From Amoebidium appalachense (taxonomy: Eukaryota > Protista > Ichthyosporea), in assembly GCA_963693365.1 (NCBI GenBank), contig CAVNZM010000002.1:2496259-2560258 (forward strand): a stretch of DNA of 64,000 nt, written 5' to 3'. Position numbers and translations under genes: made by a program. A model generated the notes under the pieces. The model searched no databases and was not told the origin of the DNA. It saw only the letters and a list, made by a program, of their open reading frames with translations. Position 1 is the stretch's first letter. Each line of letters begins with the position of its first letter. Positions 43,183 through 56,925 of the stretch are shown here, piece after piece.

Positions 43183-45811
43183 TTAATGATCCGACCTGAA
43201 TCGATAAATGCTCCAACCAGAGTACTGTATGACGTCATCATATAAAAACGCCTGGCGCAGGGTCAGTTTTGCACGTGTTACTCTCTTTTTCTCACCATTT
43301 TACCCTAACGTGACAGGGAACAAGCACATCACAAAAAAACCGTAGAAAAATTCTTGGCGGGGTAGTGGCTTAGTAAGTAATGGTAGGCATTCAACGATTT
43401 TGAGCTTCAATTTACGGAGAACTTTGTAGTGTTTGCGCACCCCATGACTACAATAATTTCTCGGAATGCTTGTTGGTATGGCTTATTTTGCACTTTACGG
43501 GTTCTGGCACCGGGAGGCCATAGGCCTGAGCCAAGAAAAACGTCAAACTTGTTACAAATGCGTGCCAAAGATGCATACTTTAAACGTTCACGTTGTTGCT
43601 TTTGCACCACAGGTGCATTTTTCGTTTGAGAAACATTGACATCAGCTTTCAAATTCGTTTTTTTCGGTACACACACTTCAAATAACCCTTTTAGCATCTA
43701 GTTACCACAAACAGTTTCGAAGAAACGAATAAAAACCAAACAAATCACCCCTAATCCGAAAACGACAAATGAGTGTTGCGCAATGTACAGAAACTGACCA
43801 GTGGGCAGAAGGTACTTTAACGTGTAGTGTTTCTGCGTGATCGTACCGGGCCTGTGTTTGTGTTGACTTGGGTGCGTGTGCGTGGAGGAACACCATGTGT
43901 GATGTGGTTTTCGAAGCATGCACGTGTTTGATCATTGCAGAGAAACACATTACACTTGATGCAGTAGGTATGTGTCTGGTGGCGTTCCCCTTTGTTCCTA
44001 AAGCAGAGAACGCATCTACCTTTTCTTTCTTTTCTGGCACGCTGGTGTCCGTGTAGAGCATGGGGGGCAGGAGCAGCAGGGGGAAGGGGGTATTCTAGTG
44101 CAGGCAGGTGGGGGTTGCATATGAGTGCTTCTGCTAGCTCACGCCTTGTGTCCATGCTCGTGTTTGTGGATTTGCCAAAGTATCTGTATGCAAAGTGTAC
44201 GTTTGCTACTACAAACCCCAGAAGCCCCCCAAAGGTGCGGAGTTGGTGACGTTTAGTGCCCAAGGCTTCGTCCACAGAGCCGTTTAACATTCGTGTTTTG
44301 TTGAATATATCGGCCATGTTGTAGTTTTCGAAGTATTCTTCGACTGCTTTCGGTTGGGGGACGTCATTTCCGTTTCGTGATTTTCTCGGTTGACCCGGCT
44401 GAGTACTTGAACATGAGGTGATCACTTTCATACTGTAGTTCTTGTTTCTCCATAACACCGCAACGAGGTCTACTCCGTCCACACTGCACACTGCCTCCGA
44501 CCATACACCACGTCCTTCCTCACATAGAAGGTCCAACATGTTGAGGGGAAAGTCTCTGGTTGCGGTTTTGACATTGAAAAGTGCGTAGAATCCGATTTTG
44601 TACACTTCCCTTGTCCCGGTTACTGACCCAAACCAGCTGTCTCCGACGATCGTTCTGGGGTTACGGTGGGTGGGGTTGGCCCTTGGGGTTAGAAGACGCA
44701 AGGTGGTGCCTGTTCCAGCTCCCAACTGTCGGTACGGTTTGCTTGCCATCCTAACCGGGTTCGAATGTTCCAGCCATGTAAATCCACATACCCAACCACC
44801 TAAGTAGCTCACCCGGGGTTAAGTCAACCCAATTTTTGTAACGTGCACGACCTACTTCGTTTGTGAGTGGAATGACTGCTGTGAAGAGATACTCCATAGG
44901 CATGAAGTGTTCAAACAAACACAGAACACTCTTGCGCTTGTTTAGTGCTAGTGGAATGGTTGGTTTTCTGCGTGGGCCTGTTCTTTTGTCAAGTACTTGC
45001 TCATCTGGAATGGTCCATTGCAAGGTGCACGTGGGGTCGGTGGGGGTAGGTAACTCTACTTGTTCATCTACAAGTTCTATCTCATCTTCATTCTCACTGT
45101 CTGTGACAGGAATCTCTACTTGTTGGATGTCTCCATCTGGATCTTCGTCACTATCACTCTCTAGCTCGCTACTTGTGTGTTCACTGTCTTCTTCATCTAT
45201 TAAAGTTAGCTGATGGCGCAGAACTACTTCTGTGGTACCGTCAAAATCAAACTTTACTTTCCATTCACTGCCTTCGTTTGTCTTGCATCGTTTCACTACT
45301 GTGCCAACCAGTATTTGTGTGTCCCAACTCAGGCCGAACTTCTTGTAAGACCAACGTGTGGTGTCATCTGTGAAATCTTCCCCCTGAACCCCGTCAAATA
45401 TGTATGCAAAACAACAGACACGAGCTCCAGAATAAAGTGACTCTATTGGGTCTAATGTTTTGGCCATGTTGGGCGCTCATCTTTCACATGAAACCCATGG
45501 CTTGTTGTGTTCGCGGACTCAGCAAGTTTCGTCCGTTTGATCATGAATCATGTTGTTGTCGAGCATGAATTCAAAAACTTGCAACAGCGTCGGCAACCAA
45601 TAAAAGCTAGGGAAGGCCTTGTTAGTTACCGTACCAAAGACAAAAAAGGTGTAAACTTATGTTTTCTTACTGGCTGTACAAAAAAAAGCGGGCTCCTGGG
45701 CCCCAATAGCTCGCGGTATCCTTCCGAAACAAGCATTCCTAAAGTACTGCGGTCAGAGTACTTATGGCCGCTAAGTTCTCCGATCAGAGTACATTTCGGA
45801 TGCATCATTAA
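43183..45811 (-). mobile_element. piggyBac-like DNA transposon (~2.6 kb, internally deleted) inserted in a subtilisin intron
   Basis: Microsatellite-free block flanked by TTAA at 43183-43186 and 45808-45811; both ends read TTAA-TGAT inward; contains transposase ORFs. The exact termini are inferred. Confidence 0.8.
43817..45467 (-). pseudogene. piggyBac-family (DDE_Tnp_1_7-like) transposase split into two frames by an internal deletion
   Basis: ORF 45467-44751 (acidic tract, LFEHFMP, LTPGELLRWLGMWIYM) and ORF 44812-43817 (GTTLRL, IVGDSWFGSV, NVKT, VEEY...ADIFN, C-terminal RCVLC..T..YC..C.V.LC...CF..H). The segment with the first catalytic Asp (DESM/KP region) is absent. Confidence 0.88.
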
Positions 45812-45921
45812 CCTATGTATGTGCATGTGCGAGCCCTAGATGGCAAAGACACCAATAGCAGGTAAATACATACTGCAAGGTAAATGCAGGCAGGTATGTA
45901 GCAGGGATTAAGCAGAGGACG

Positions 45922-46275
45922 AGAATACGAGAGAAAGAGAAGGAAGCGAAGGGTGTGCAGCATATCAGAATCCAATGTATCACAGCCGGAAGAACGGGAT
46001 TTTGGGGGGAGGTGGGGGGAGGGGGGGGGGAGGGGGAGGTGGCAGTGGTGGTGGTGGTGGTGGTGAGAGTGATGACGTTGGTGGTGGTGGTGGGGGGGGG
46101 GCACTGCCACCACCATTACCAACGTCATCACTCCCACCACCACCACCACCACCACTGCCACCTCCCCCCTCCCCCCTCCCCCCACCTCCCCCCAAAATCC
46201 CGTTCTTCCGGCTGTGATACATTGGATTCTGATATGCTGCACACCCTTCGCTTTCTTCTCTTTCTCTCGTATTCT
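45922..46275. repeat. ~354-bp foldback palindrome (~170-bp arms, ~13-nt loop)
   Basis: agaatacgagagaaagagaagg...gatgacgttggtggtgg is mirrored by ccaccattaccaacgtcatc...tttctctcgtattct with few mismatches. Confidence 0.93.
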
Positions 46276-47576
46276 ATAATCTTCACATCCTTGCCCCAGT
46301 TTGAGCTGTATGCTTTAGTGTCGTCCTTGTATGCATTTCCCACGGTGATGAGGGTAGGTTCACCGGCAGGGGATGTGTTGCATGCGTTGTTGTTGTTGTT
46401 GCCTGCTGCTGCAACTACGGGGATTCCATTGTCGACCATGGCACGCGCCATGTTGTTGAGTGGTGCCCAGGGCTCACTGTGTGTGTTAAAATTTAGTTTT
46501 ATTATTATATGTCGAGTTTTGTGTTGTAGTCTTTGCTTATGGTGTTGTGTTTTCATAAGTTCTTCGATAGTTCAGTATGTACTCTGGGACGTGCGATGTT
46601 GATGAATGTTGTGGGTCCTGGATGCAGCTTCGAACCACTAGGGGAGAAGAGAGCGACACATGCACACTGCACACCACACACACAGAGGGATGGAATAGAG
46701 GGGGTGGGGTGGGGGGGGGGGGGGGGGGGGGGGAGGACGGGGGGGTGGGGGGAGGGGGGGGGGGGGGGGGGGGGGGGCTTGGTGAGTTGAGAGTGTGAGA
46801 GAGGTAGAGAGTGTGTGTGAGAGACGGCACATTTTATGAATCTATCATTAAGGTGCTGACTAGGCAGTGTGGCATATATATATGTGTGTGTGGGGGGGGG
46901 GGAAGGAGGGGAAAGAGAGAGAAAAAGACTAAAATGTGACACGAAATACGGGGAACAAGCTCGTTACAAACAGCACAGTGCTCACTCAAGGTATCCGACA
47001 CGCGTAGAGCCTATGCTGGGCAGGGAATCAGACGACAGCAGTCTTTTTGACTGTTGTTTTCCGTATTCATTTCTTTTCTCTTTCCTGTTCTCCATTTTCC
47101 TGGGTCCCGGCGGGGGGAGGGGGGAGGGGGGGGGGAGGGGGGAAGGGGGAGGGGGAAGTGACAGAGCATAGAAGAGGCATCGGGGAGGGGGGAGGGGGGG
47201 GGGGGGGGGGGGGGTGGGTGGGTGGGGGGGGGGGGGGGGGGGGGTTAATTACTTGACGTTAATGGACATTGAAGCGACGGCCGGACGGGACTTATCTCTG
47301 TTGTCAATAACATACTGCATGCCCTGCAGAATCACGTCCATGTCACCCGTACCGTCGTTCTTCATGCTCTGTGGCCAATAAGGTGCAAAAGTTAGAATAT
47401 GCCTTGCTATAAGTCGGGAAATCACAGGGTTTTTTTTTTGGTTTTTTTTTGCGCTTGGTGGCAAGAAGGTGCCGAGATTGCCATCACTCCCCTGTTATAA
47501 CACAACTTTTGGCGGATTATTTATTTAACTAGCAGTATAAGCAGAGAACTGTGGTCGTCCTACGCTATCTTTACCT

Positions 47577-47615
<39 letters not shown>

Positions 47616-47889
47616 TTTCTTTGGGGATTTGGAGGTAGAAGACGCTTGAACAAGGGTGAGGTGTGTGTGTGTGTGTTGAGGCGGAGGGGGGGGGGGGGGG
47701 GGGGGGTTTGGCGTGGCAGAATAGCAAAGGCTTGGGCCTATTTTAATTTAGAGTAGCAGTAGAAGATGGTTTGGTTCTTATCGAGCATATGAGCCTTAAG
47801 ATAGCTCTAATTCAACGGCTTTGATGTTGGCCTTTTTGGCCACTCCGTAAGTCTTTGGAGGCAGCAATACCGGCACAGTGTGTGCCTGT

Positions 47890-47946
<57 letters not shown>

Positions 47947-48082
47947 CGTGTGTGCGTGTGCGTGTGCGTGTGTGTGTGCGTGTGCGTGTGCGTGTGCGTG
48001 TGCATGTGCGTGTGCGTGTGTGATTTAATGAATGCACACTTTTGTGCTTGCATGGCAAGTGTGTTATCTTAGTGTTTTACCG

Positions 48083-48123
<41 letters not shown>

Positions 48124-50461
48124 GGAAGGTGGGGCGGGATTGACCTCAACTGCAACATACCGAAAGAACTGAAGGGCATTCAATTGAAAATTTTCCCTAC
48201 CCCCTCGTCAATAAAACCCATTGAAGTTCTGGCTAACAACTAATTACCCCCATGTTCTACTTTGCCCAACGTACCAAGTTCTAGTAAAATGATATCCAGG
48301 TGCACGTGGCGCTGATTTTCTGGTTGAACAGACCGGGTACCACTTTGACGGTTTTTCTAGAATGAATAGATGCATGATTCAACTACATACTTACCATGTC
48401 AGAAAATTCATACGCCGCCTTCACCTTCAGCCCGTTTGCCAAGAAGTTAACCTTATTCCGTGCCTGCTCCACGCTGGCACTGGGATCCAGTTTAACCAGA
48501 TAACGGTTGGGCACGGTCCTGACGCCATTCGAACCAGGCGACCGGTGCAGGGGTGAGAAACCCGGGCGGGCCGCGGCACCACCACACAAGGTGGCAACGG
48601 AACAAAAACGAGAGTTTTCATGGTGTTTTGGAAGGTATCTTTGAATGTGTTGATCAGTGGTGTATGTTGCTTTCCCACTTTCAACTGATCAAAGCTCTCG
48701 AGCTCCGGTGAGCATCTGAAACCAGGTGGTGTAAGCGCGCATGTTTATGTATGCGTGGTTGTGTTGCTACGTGTACGGGATCCAGTATCGCATCAATCGA
48801 GATGATAAACATATGGATTGGTTCATCGAGAACCAATCGTTAGGCCGAATTCTTTAGTATCCAATCATGACACTCAATCTGAGCTATCAAGATCTACCAA
48901 TGCGGTGCCGCGAACATCCATTAAATGCATACTTGATTGTAAACACACGGCGAGACTGAGGTCCCCAGACTCCCCACTCCCGGTTGGACTTTGGCGGTAA
49001 CCCGGCTCGGCTGGTTGGCTCGGCGAAAAACTTCAAAAGAAAACGGAAGTGTGCAAACAAACCCGCGTCATGCCATTGTTCACTCACCACATACAAGTGG
49101 CTAAGTGTTTATATATATATATATATATATATATGTTATAAGTCCTTATTCAAACTCAAATCCTCTTGCATTCGATTTTCTGGCCAAATCCAGTTGTCAG
49201 TATATATGCGTACACCAGCTGCAGAAAAGGCACCACGTTGATGTGGTAGCAACTGCGGCTGCCAGCTGAGCCCGGTGTGTTGATCAAGACCTCGTGGACA
49301 CAACGCTTCTAAAAATTCCTACACCTTGCGCGTGCGTGGGCCGCCGTGTGCCTTTTTTTAAAATAGCGTAGATAGGTAGACCATACAGTACATACATCCA
49401 TACATACTATGTATTACTACACACTGATACACATTGCCCCCATATATGCTCATGGATTCCGGGACTCAGTGGGGACCAGCGTTAAACCGAACTTTCAAGC
49501 AGCAACTACACATGATACCGATCAGCCGACACCTTATAATTAGTTTGTTCGAGACGGTGTTTCCTATCTCTGGATCTGCCCGCAAGCTTAAGCCTCATGC
49601 CGTGTACTTTTGTGAGGTTCTACTCCGCCCATTATGGAGACATTCGTGAGGAGCCGTTTCCTCACTTCAGAAGTGTGCACGGGCCATCCACAAAGGGGCC
49701 AACACACAGATTATCATACTAAAGCCAGATGATCATAACTAGGGCTAGAATAAATAACCATTATATTACAATGATCAATAAAAATAAAGCTCAGACAAGA
49801 ATGTCTGTTTCTAAATTATGCCCGGCCAACTCTCCTTCAAAATTTCCATCAGAAGGGCCGCACTACCACTACCCTTCATAGGACTGTAATGTCCCTTTTG
49901 ATCCGTTTCAGTGTCACAGAGTGGTAGTCTGCATTCCCCAGGGCCTCTTTCCAGCAATGCTTTCTATTTAGACTCCTTAGCCTCTCTCTCTCGAGACCCC
50001 CCGCGACCCTCTTTAGCCTCGAGCTCTTGTCCCGTTACTCCGAGCCTTCTTTTTCTCCAATGTTCATTTCCCGAAGCCCACTCTTCGGGGCCCTCTCTCT
50101 CTTGCTCTCCCCCTTCTCCTCCCCCCCTCCCCCCCAAGGCCTTCCCCGAATGCTCAGAGATAGACACACACACGTGCACATACACGGCCACCCACACAAA
50201 CACGCACACACGCACACACTCACTCTCGCTCTTCTCTCCCTCCTTCTATCTCTTTCCCTCGCTCACCCTCTCTCTCTCACTTTCCCTTTCTCCCTCTCTT
50301 TCTCTCTTCCTCTCTTCCTCCCTCCCTCCCTCCCTTTCTCTCTTCACTCTCTTTCCCTCCCCCTCTCCCCCTCTCACACTCTCCCTTTCCCTTCCCCCCC
50401 CCCCCCCCCCCCCCTCTCTCCCTCCCTCACTCCTTCCGTCCCTCCCTCCCTCCCTCCCTCC

Positions 50462-50492
<31 letters not shown>

Positions 50493-51411
50493 CCCCCCCC
50501 CCCCCCCCCCCCCGGCCCCTGCCCACCCCCCCCCCCCCCCCCTTCTCTCTGTCTCTCTCTCTCTCTCTTTCCCTCTCTCCCCCCTGCTTCGGAATCCAAT
50601 GTCCAATTTTAATCCCTCTCTTGAGGTTACATCTCGTTTTCCTAGGGGTTGCTGAAGCTCCCTCTCTCTTCTTTGCTTTGGTCTCCCTCCTGCCTTCCCC
50701 CCCCCCGTCCCCCTCCTTATATTAAGGGGCTAAAAACAACTATTCAGAGGATAAAATGCATTCAGCGATTAACACCGGGGTCTCATGGAATCTTGATCTT
50801 GCTAAAAAGACAATTTATTTTATCTTTTCTTTTCCTTCAAACACGTCATCGACATATTACATACGCGTCTTTTTAGTGGGGGCTGTTGTAAAATCTTCAT
50901 GCATACAGTAAAGTTTCATGCTCAAAAGCCTTTCTCTATATCTGCTTCTTGTTCTTATTAAAAGATCAGGCGAGCACATCTAAACGGAGATTTCACACAA
51001 AAATGTACAAACCTTGAATATAAGACAAGTATGGACTATACCTATTCTATTATGCCACAAATGTCTTGAGTACAGGGCGTGGGCGTGTAGGTGTGTATAC
51101 CTGTGTGTGTCTGTGGGTGTGTATGTGAGTGTGTGTGTGTGTGCATATACTGCTGTGTGTGTGTATGGTGGAACCAGGGAGCCGAACGTGCATGGAAACA
51201 CAGGGAAAGTGAACCAAATGGCGCCTTAATAAACACATAGCTGGTGGTTGTTTTGTTCTGGTGGTAGTGGCACCTAATGTGAATGTGGCGGTCGTGGTGG
51301 TGGTCCGAAGGGGAGAACAACAGCCTGATACATTCGTCGCGCTCAACGGGGCCAGAACTGAAGAGTTTGAAAGCCCCCCCCCCCCCCCCCCCCCCCCCCC
51401 GCCGCCGCCGC

Positions 51412-51449
<38 letters not shown>

Positions 51450-51817
51450 ACCACCACCACCTGCACTACATATACACACACACACATACGGGAAAAAAAA
51501 AAACAAAAAAAACCACTGTACCCTCCCCCTCCCCCCCCTCCCCGCCCTCACTCCCTCCCTCCCCCAACCCCCCACCCCCCCCACCACCACACCCCACCAG
51601 AGCAGGTAAGACACAGCATAGCGGAAAATCAGAGGGTGCGGAGAAAGGGTTGCCCTCCCCTCCCCTCCCCCCTCCTCCCCCCCCTCTGCCCAACCCCCTC
51701 CCCACCCCACCCCACCCCTCCCCCCCACCCCCCCACACACACACACACTTAACACACGCACCAACCCTACCCCCACCCCGTAACCCCAGCCCCTCTAAAA
51801 AAAAAAAAAAAAAAAAA

Positions 51818-51857
<40 letters not shown>

Positions 51858-52108
51858 CCCACCCACCCAAACAAACGCACACACACATACATCCTGGCTG
51901 GAAATTACCGTATGCACGGTATCTGGTATTGACTTCAAAGTAATGGAGTCTTGATGATAAACTATTGCCATCTGGCGGCTGCTCAAGTCTTTGAAGCGGG
52001 ACACACATATGAAAGCAATGAACGTAGCAATATTGGTTGTGAGATTGTGTGTGCGTTTGAGCGACCTGTGTGCCTGTGTGCATGCGCGTGCGCGTGCGTG
52101 TGCGTGTG

Positions 52109-52211
<103 letters not shown>

Positions 52212-52367
52212 GCCTTGGAGTAGGGTGAAGGGGAGGGGGGGGGGGGAGGGGGGGGATGGGGAGGCGAGGGAGGGTAGGGGAGTGGAGAATCCGGAGGAAA
52301 GTAAGACGGACATTGGCAGCAGGAGAGGTTGTTGGAAACACCGTCGGGCAAGGAGCGGCGGGGGGAG

Positions 52368-52406
<39 letters not shown>

Positions 52407-52841
52407 GGAAGTGAAGTTTCAGAAAACCCCTTTGGCAAACCCACCCGGTTTCTCCTTTTACCCCATCCCTCCTCCCTCCCCCTTCCCCTGCCCATTTCAG
52501 GAAAAAAAACTAAATGTTGGCAAAAGAAAGTGCAAGATCAGCCCCGTCCCCCCTCTCCCCCTCCCCCTCCCCTCCCCCCCTCTTCCCCGCACCTCTCCCT
52601 CCCTTCCCTCGCTTCACCCACACCCTCACTTAAAGCCCACCCATCCCCACCTACTCACTTACCCATCCATCCATGCCCTCCATGCCTACGTTCCCATAGC
52701 GTAACCGTTCAATCACTACCACCACCATCGATTGACACACACGCACAGACACACACATCAACACACCAACCTCTCCCACATACCCGCATGGGCCGGCACA
52801 AGTGCACAAACACACAGTTTAACAAACACACAACACATACA

Positions 52842-52907
<66 letters not shown>

Positions 52908-53181
52908 CACACACACACACACACACGTGACACACACACACACAGGCTCACACACTCACGGTGACACAACTATACCACCTTTGCCATATCCCCTGGTTTT
53001 CACTTACCTGCATCTGCCGCCTAGGTGCATAGGTAAAGGTAATCTTTGCCTTTGATTCTTGAACCACCCCCCTTTCCCCTGCCAACACCCGCAGTCCCTC
53101 AACCCCCCCCCCCCCCCCCCCCCTTCCCCCCCCCCCCCCCCCACCCCACCCCCTCCCCTCCCCCCGCCTCCCCCCCCCCCC

Positions 53182-53224
<43 letters not shown>

Positions 53225-53483
53225 CGACACAGACACACAGACACAAACTGGTTGGCTATACATGGTGTACGAGCAACCTGTGATAAATACCGGGGAAGAC
53301 AATTTCACAATAAAAGTATTACTAGTAAGAACAACAACATCAACAACAACCCCTCTCCCCTCCCCTCGAGCTTTCTCTTCTTCCCTGCAAGTTGCACAGC
53401 CCTCACTCCCCCCCCCCCCCCCCCCCCCCCCTCCCTCGCCTACGCCCCTCCTCACTTGTGAAAGGAAAAAAAAAAAAAATCAG

Positions 53484-55309
<1,826 letters not shown>

Positions 55310-55662
55310 CATTATAAAGAATCGGGTACAGTATATGCCACGTGCACTTGTACGCTTGAACCCCGGGGGCCGGGAGCATCAGCATCAATAATAGGAGTGG
55401 ACCACTCATGATCAGTGACTGGTGAGCCATCGATCCCTGAGCCAGCTGCAGACGCTGATGCATTTTCATTTATGTATCAAGAATTTTGAGTTTATTTTTT
55501 GATGCCACATTTACAAATATGAAAATATGAAAGAACTGCGTATTTATTGCGTTGATTTATTTCTGTTAATAACTAAGGAACAAGTTGCAGCTTTCTCCAC
55601 TTTTTTGGGTTTTCCTTTCAGGAAGTATGGCGCCAAAATTGTGAGAACGGGTGCGCTGTTGA

Positions 55663-55786
55663 CCAATCAAACCAAAACAGAATAGGTGTTCTGATTGGTG
55701 TAGACGGGGCTCCAAAAGCCTGATCCAATCTCAAAGGCACAAAGAACGCCCATTCCAAAAATAATCTATTTGCTTTAATATCCAAT
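55663..55786 (+). promoter_or_regulatory. Cluster of four CCAAT boxes upstream of the claudin-like gene
   Basis: CCAAT/ATTGG at 55663, 55694, 55725 and 55782. Confidence 0.5.
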
Positions 55787-56076
55787 CAAAAGTATTAACT
55801 ATTATGTTATCTATTTTATATTATTTCATTCGTCCTTGAAATAAATGCTGCTTTATGCTTATCATGATAACGTAGCGCCGGTATAGAGCAGCTGCAAGGT
55901 CGCCTCCGATGCGCAAAAATAAAACCGACATTCAGACCTGCCGGGGTCAATACTCTCCAACACACGGCGCAGACCGCATTTTCTGTGGTCGTGGCAACAC
56001 AAGTAGAGTACCTCCTAAACAAAAAGTCGTCCTAAGAACAAAAAAATTACTATAAGCTTAGTGAAATCATAGGAAA

Positions 56077-56925
56077 ATGGCGCCCGCAATGCCCCCCAAC
56101 GACAAGGGAAAGCCCTACACTTACCAGCGCAGGATCGTGCTGCCCGTTCTTATTATCATGGTCGTTACTATAATCGTTGGGTTTTCCCTCCAGATTGCCG
56201 CCACCGTTAGTAACTCGTGGGCTAGAACCACCGAAAACCCCAAGTGCTTCTGGGGATTTTCTCAGAAGTGCGATGTTACGTCTCGCCAGGTAGACCCTAA
56301 CGACCCAGGCTCTCCGTTTGTTGAAGAAGCGGTATGCAAGGGAATCGGGCTTGAGTATTGCGTTGATGACCCTTACTTTGGAGACACAACCACCTGCATG
56401 AACACCTCAGGCCTTGTAGAAACACCGTTCGACGTTCACGAAATGATTTCTGGTCAGGGTTATCTAAGCACAGCAAAGGCTCTTTCTATCGTCACCACCA
56501 TCTTCTCCTTGACGCCTCTTCCCTTTGTCTTCCTTGCGTTTTTCAAGGAGCTCCGCTGGGGTATCTACTCTATGCCCCTGTATGCCATCTGGTTCATCTT
56601 CTGGGTGAGCACCATCTCCATCTTTAACAAGAACGTCAATTATGTTATGAGTTACAACCCCCCCGGCCCAGGCCCACGCTTTGAATTTTCTCCGGGCACC
56701 GCGGTGACCTCCCTCTACGATGCAGGTGCCTTCCTTCACATTGGTGCATTCGTCGCTATTGGTGTGTCCTGCATTGCCTTCTGGGCCTCCTACCTCGCAT
56801 GCTTCCAGGTTGATGTTTATGACGCCGACGGCAACCTCGTTTCCGTTGAAGAGCTTCTCGCCAAGCGCCAGGCAGCCAACGGTGGCAACACTGTCTCCAC
56901 CCAGAGCCTCGTTGCTCAGCCGTAA
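56077..56925 (+). CDS. Four-TM claudin/PMP22/SUR7-superfamily protein, intronless (282 aa)
   Basis: TM1 followed by SNSW...FWGFSQKC (W-GLW-C-like signature), Cys-containing first loop, three more TM helices, GC3-biased codons. Confidence 0.85.
   Translation: MAPAMPPNDKGKPYTYQRRIVLPVLIIMVVTIIVGFSLQIAATVSNSWARTTENPKCFWGFSQKCDVTSRQVDPNDPGSPFVEEAVCKGIGLEYCVDDPYFGDTTTCMNTSGLVETPFDVHEMISGQGYLSTAKALSIVTTIFSLTPLPFVFLAFFKELRWGIYSMPLYAIWFIFWVSTISIFNKNVNYVMSYNPPGPGPRFEFSPGTAVTSLYDAGAFLHIGAFVAIGVSCIAFWASYLACFQVDVYDADGNLVSVEELLAKRQAANGGNTVSTQSLVAQP

Larger units (their letters stand above)
42744..48621 (-). pseudogene. Proteinase K-type subtilisin (S8A) with I9 propeptide, probably pseudogenised
   Basis: Exons 48621-48395 (signal + VPNRYLVKL), 47885-~47812 (GTHCAGIAASK/TYGVAKKANIKAV), 47368-47253, 46476-46291 (VVAAAGNNNNNACNTSPA..ITVGN..SSNWG), 42827-42744 (CVDVFAPG..LSGTSM). 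Defects: two 1-nt frameshifts, a GG donor at 46290, and no recognisable catalytic-Asp or APHVAG exons. Confidence 0.8.

Noticed and set aside
45808-46602. Two ORFs with identical N-termini (MQHIRIQCITAG...) on opposite strands
   Set aside because: This is a consequence of the palindrome, not two genes.
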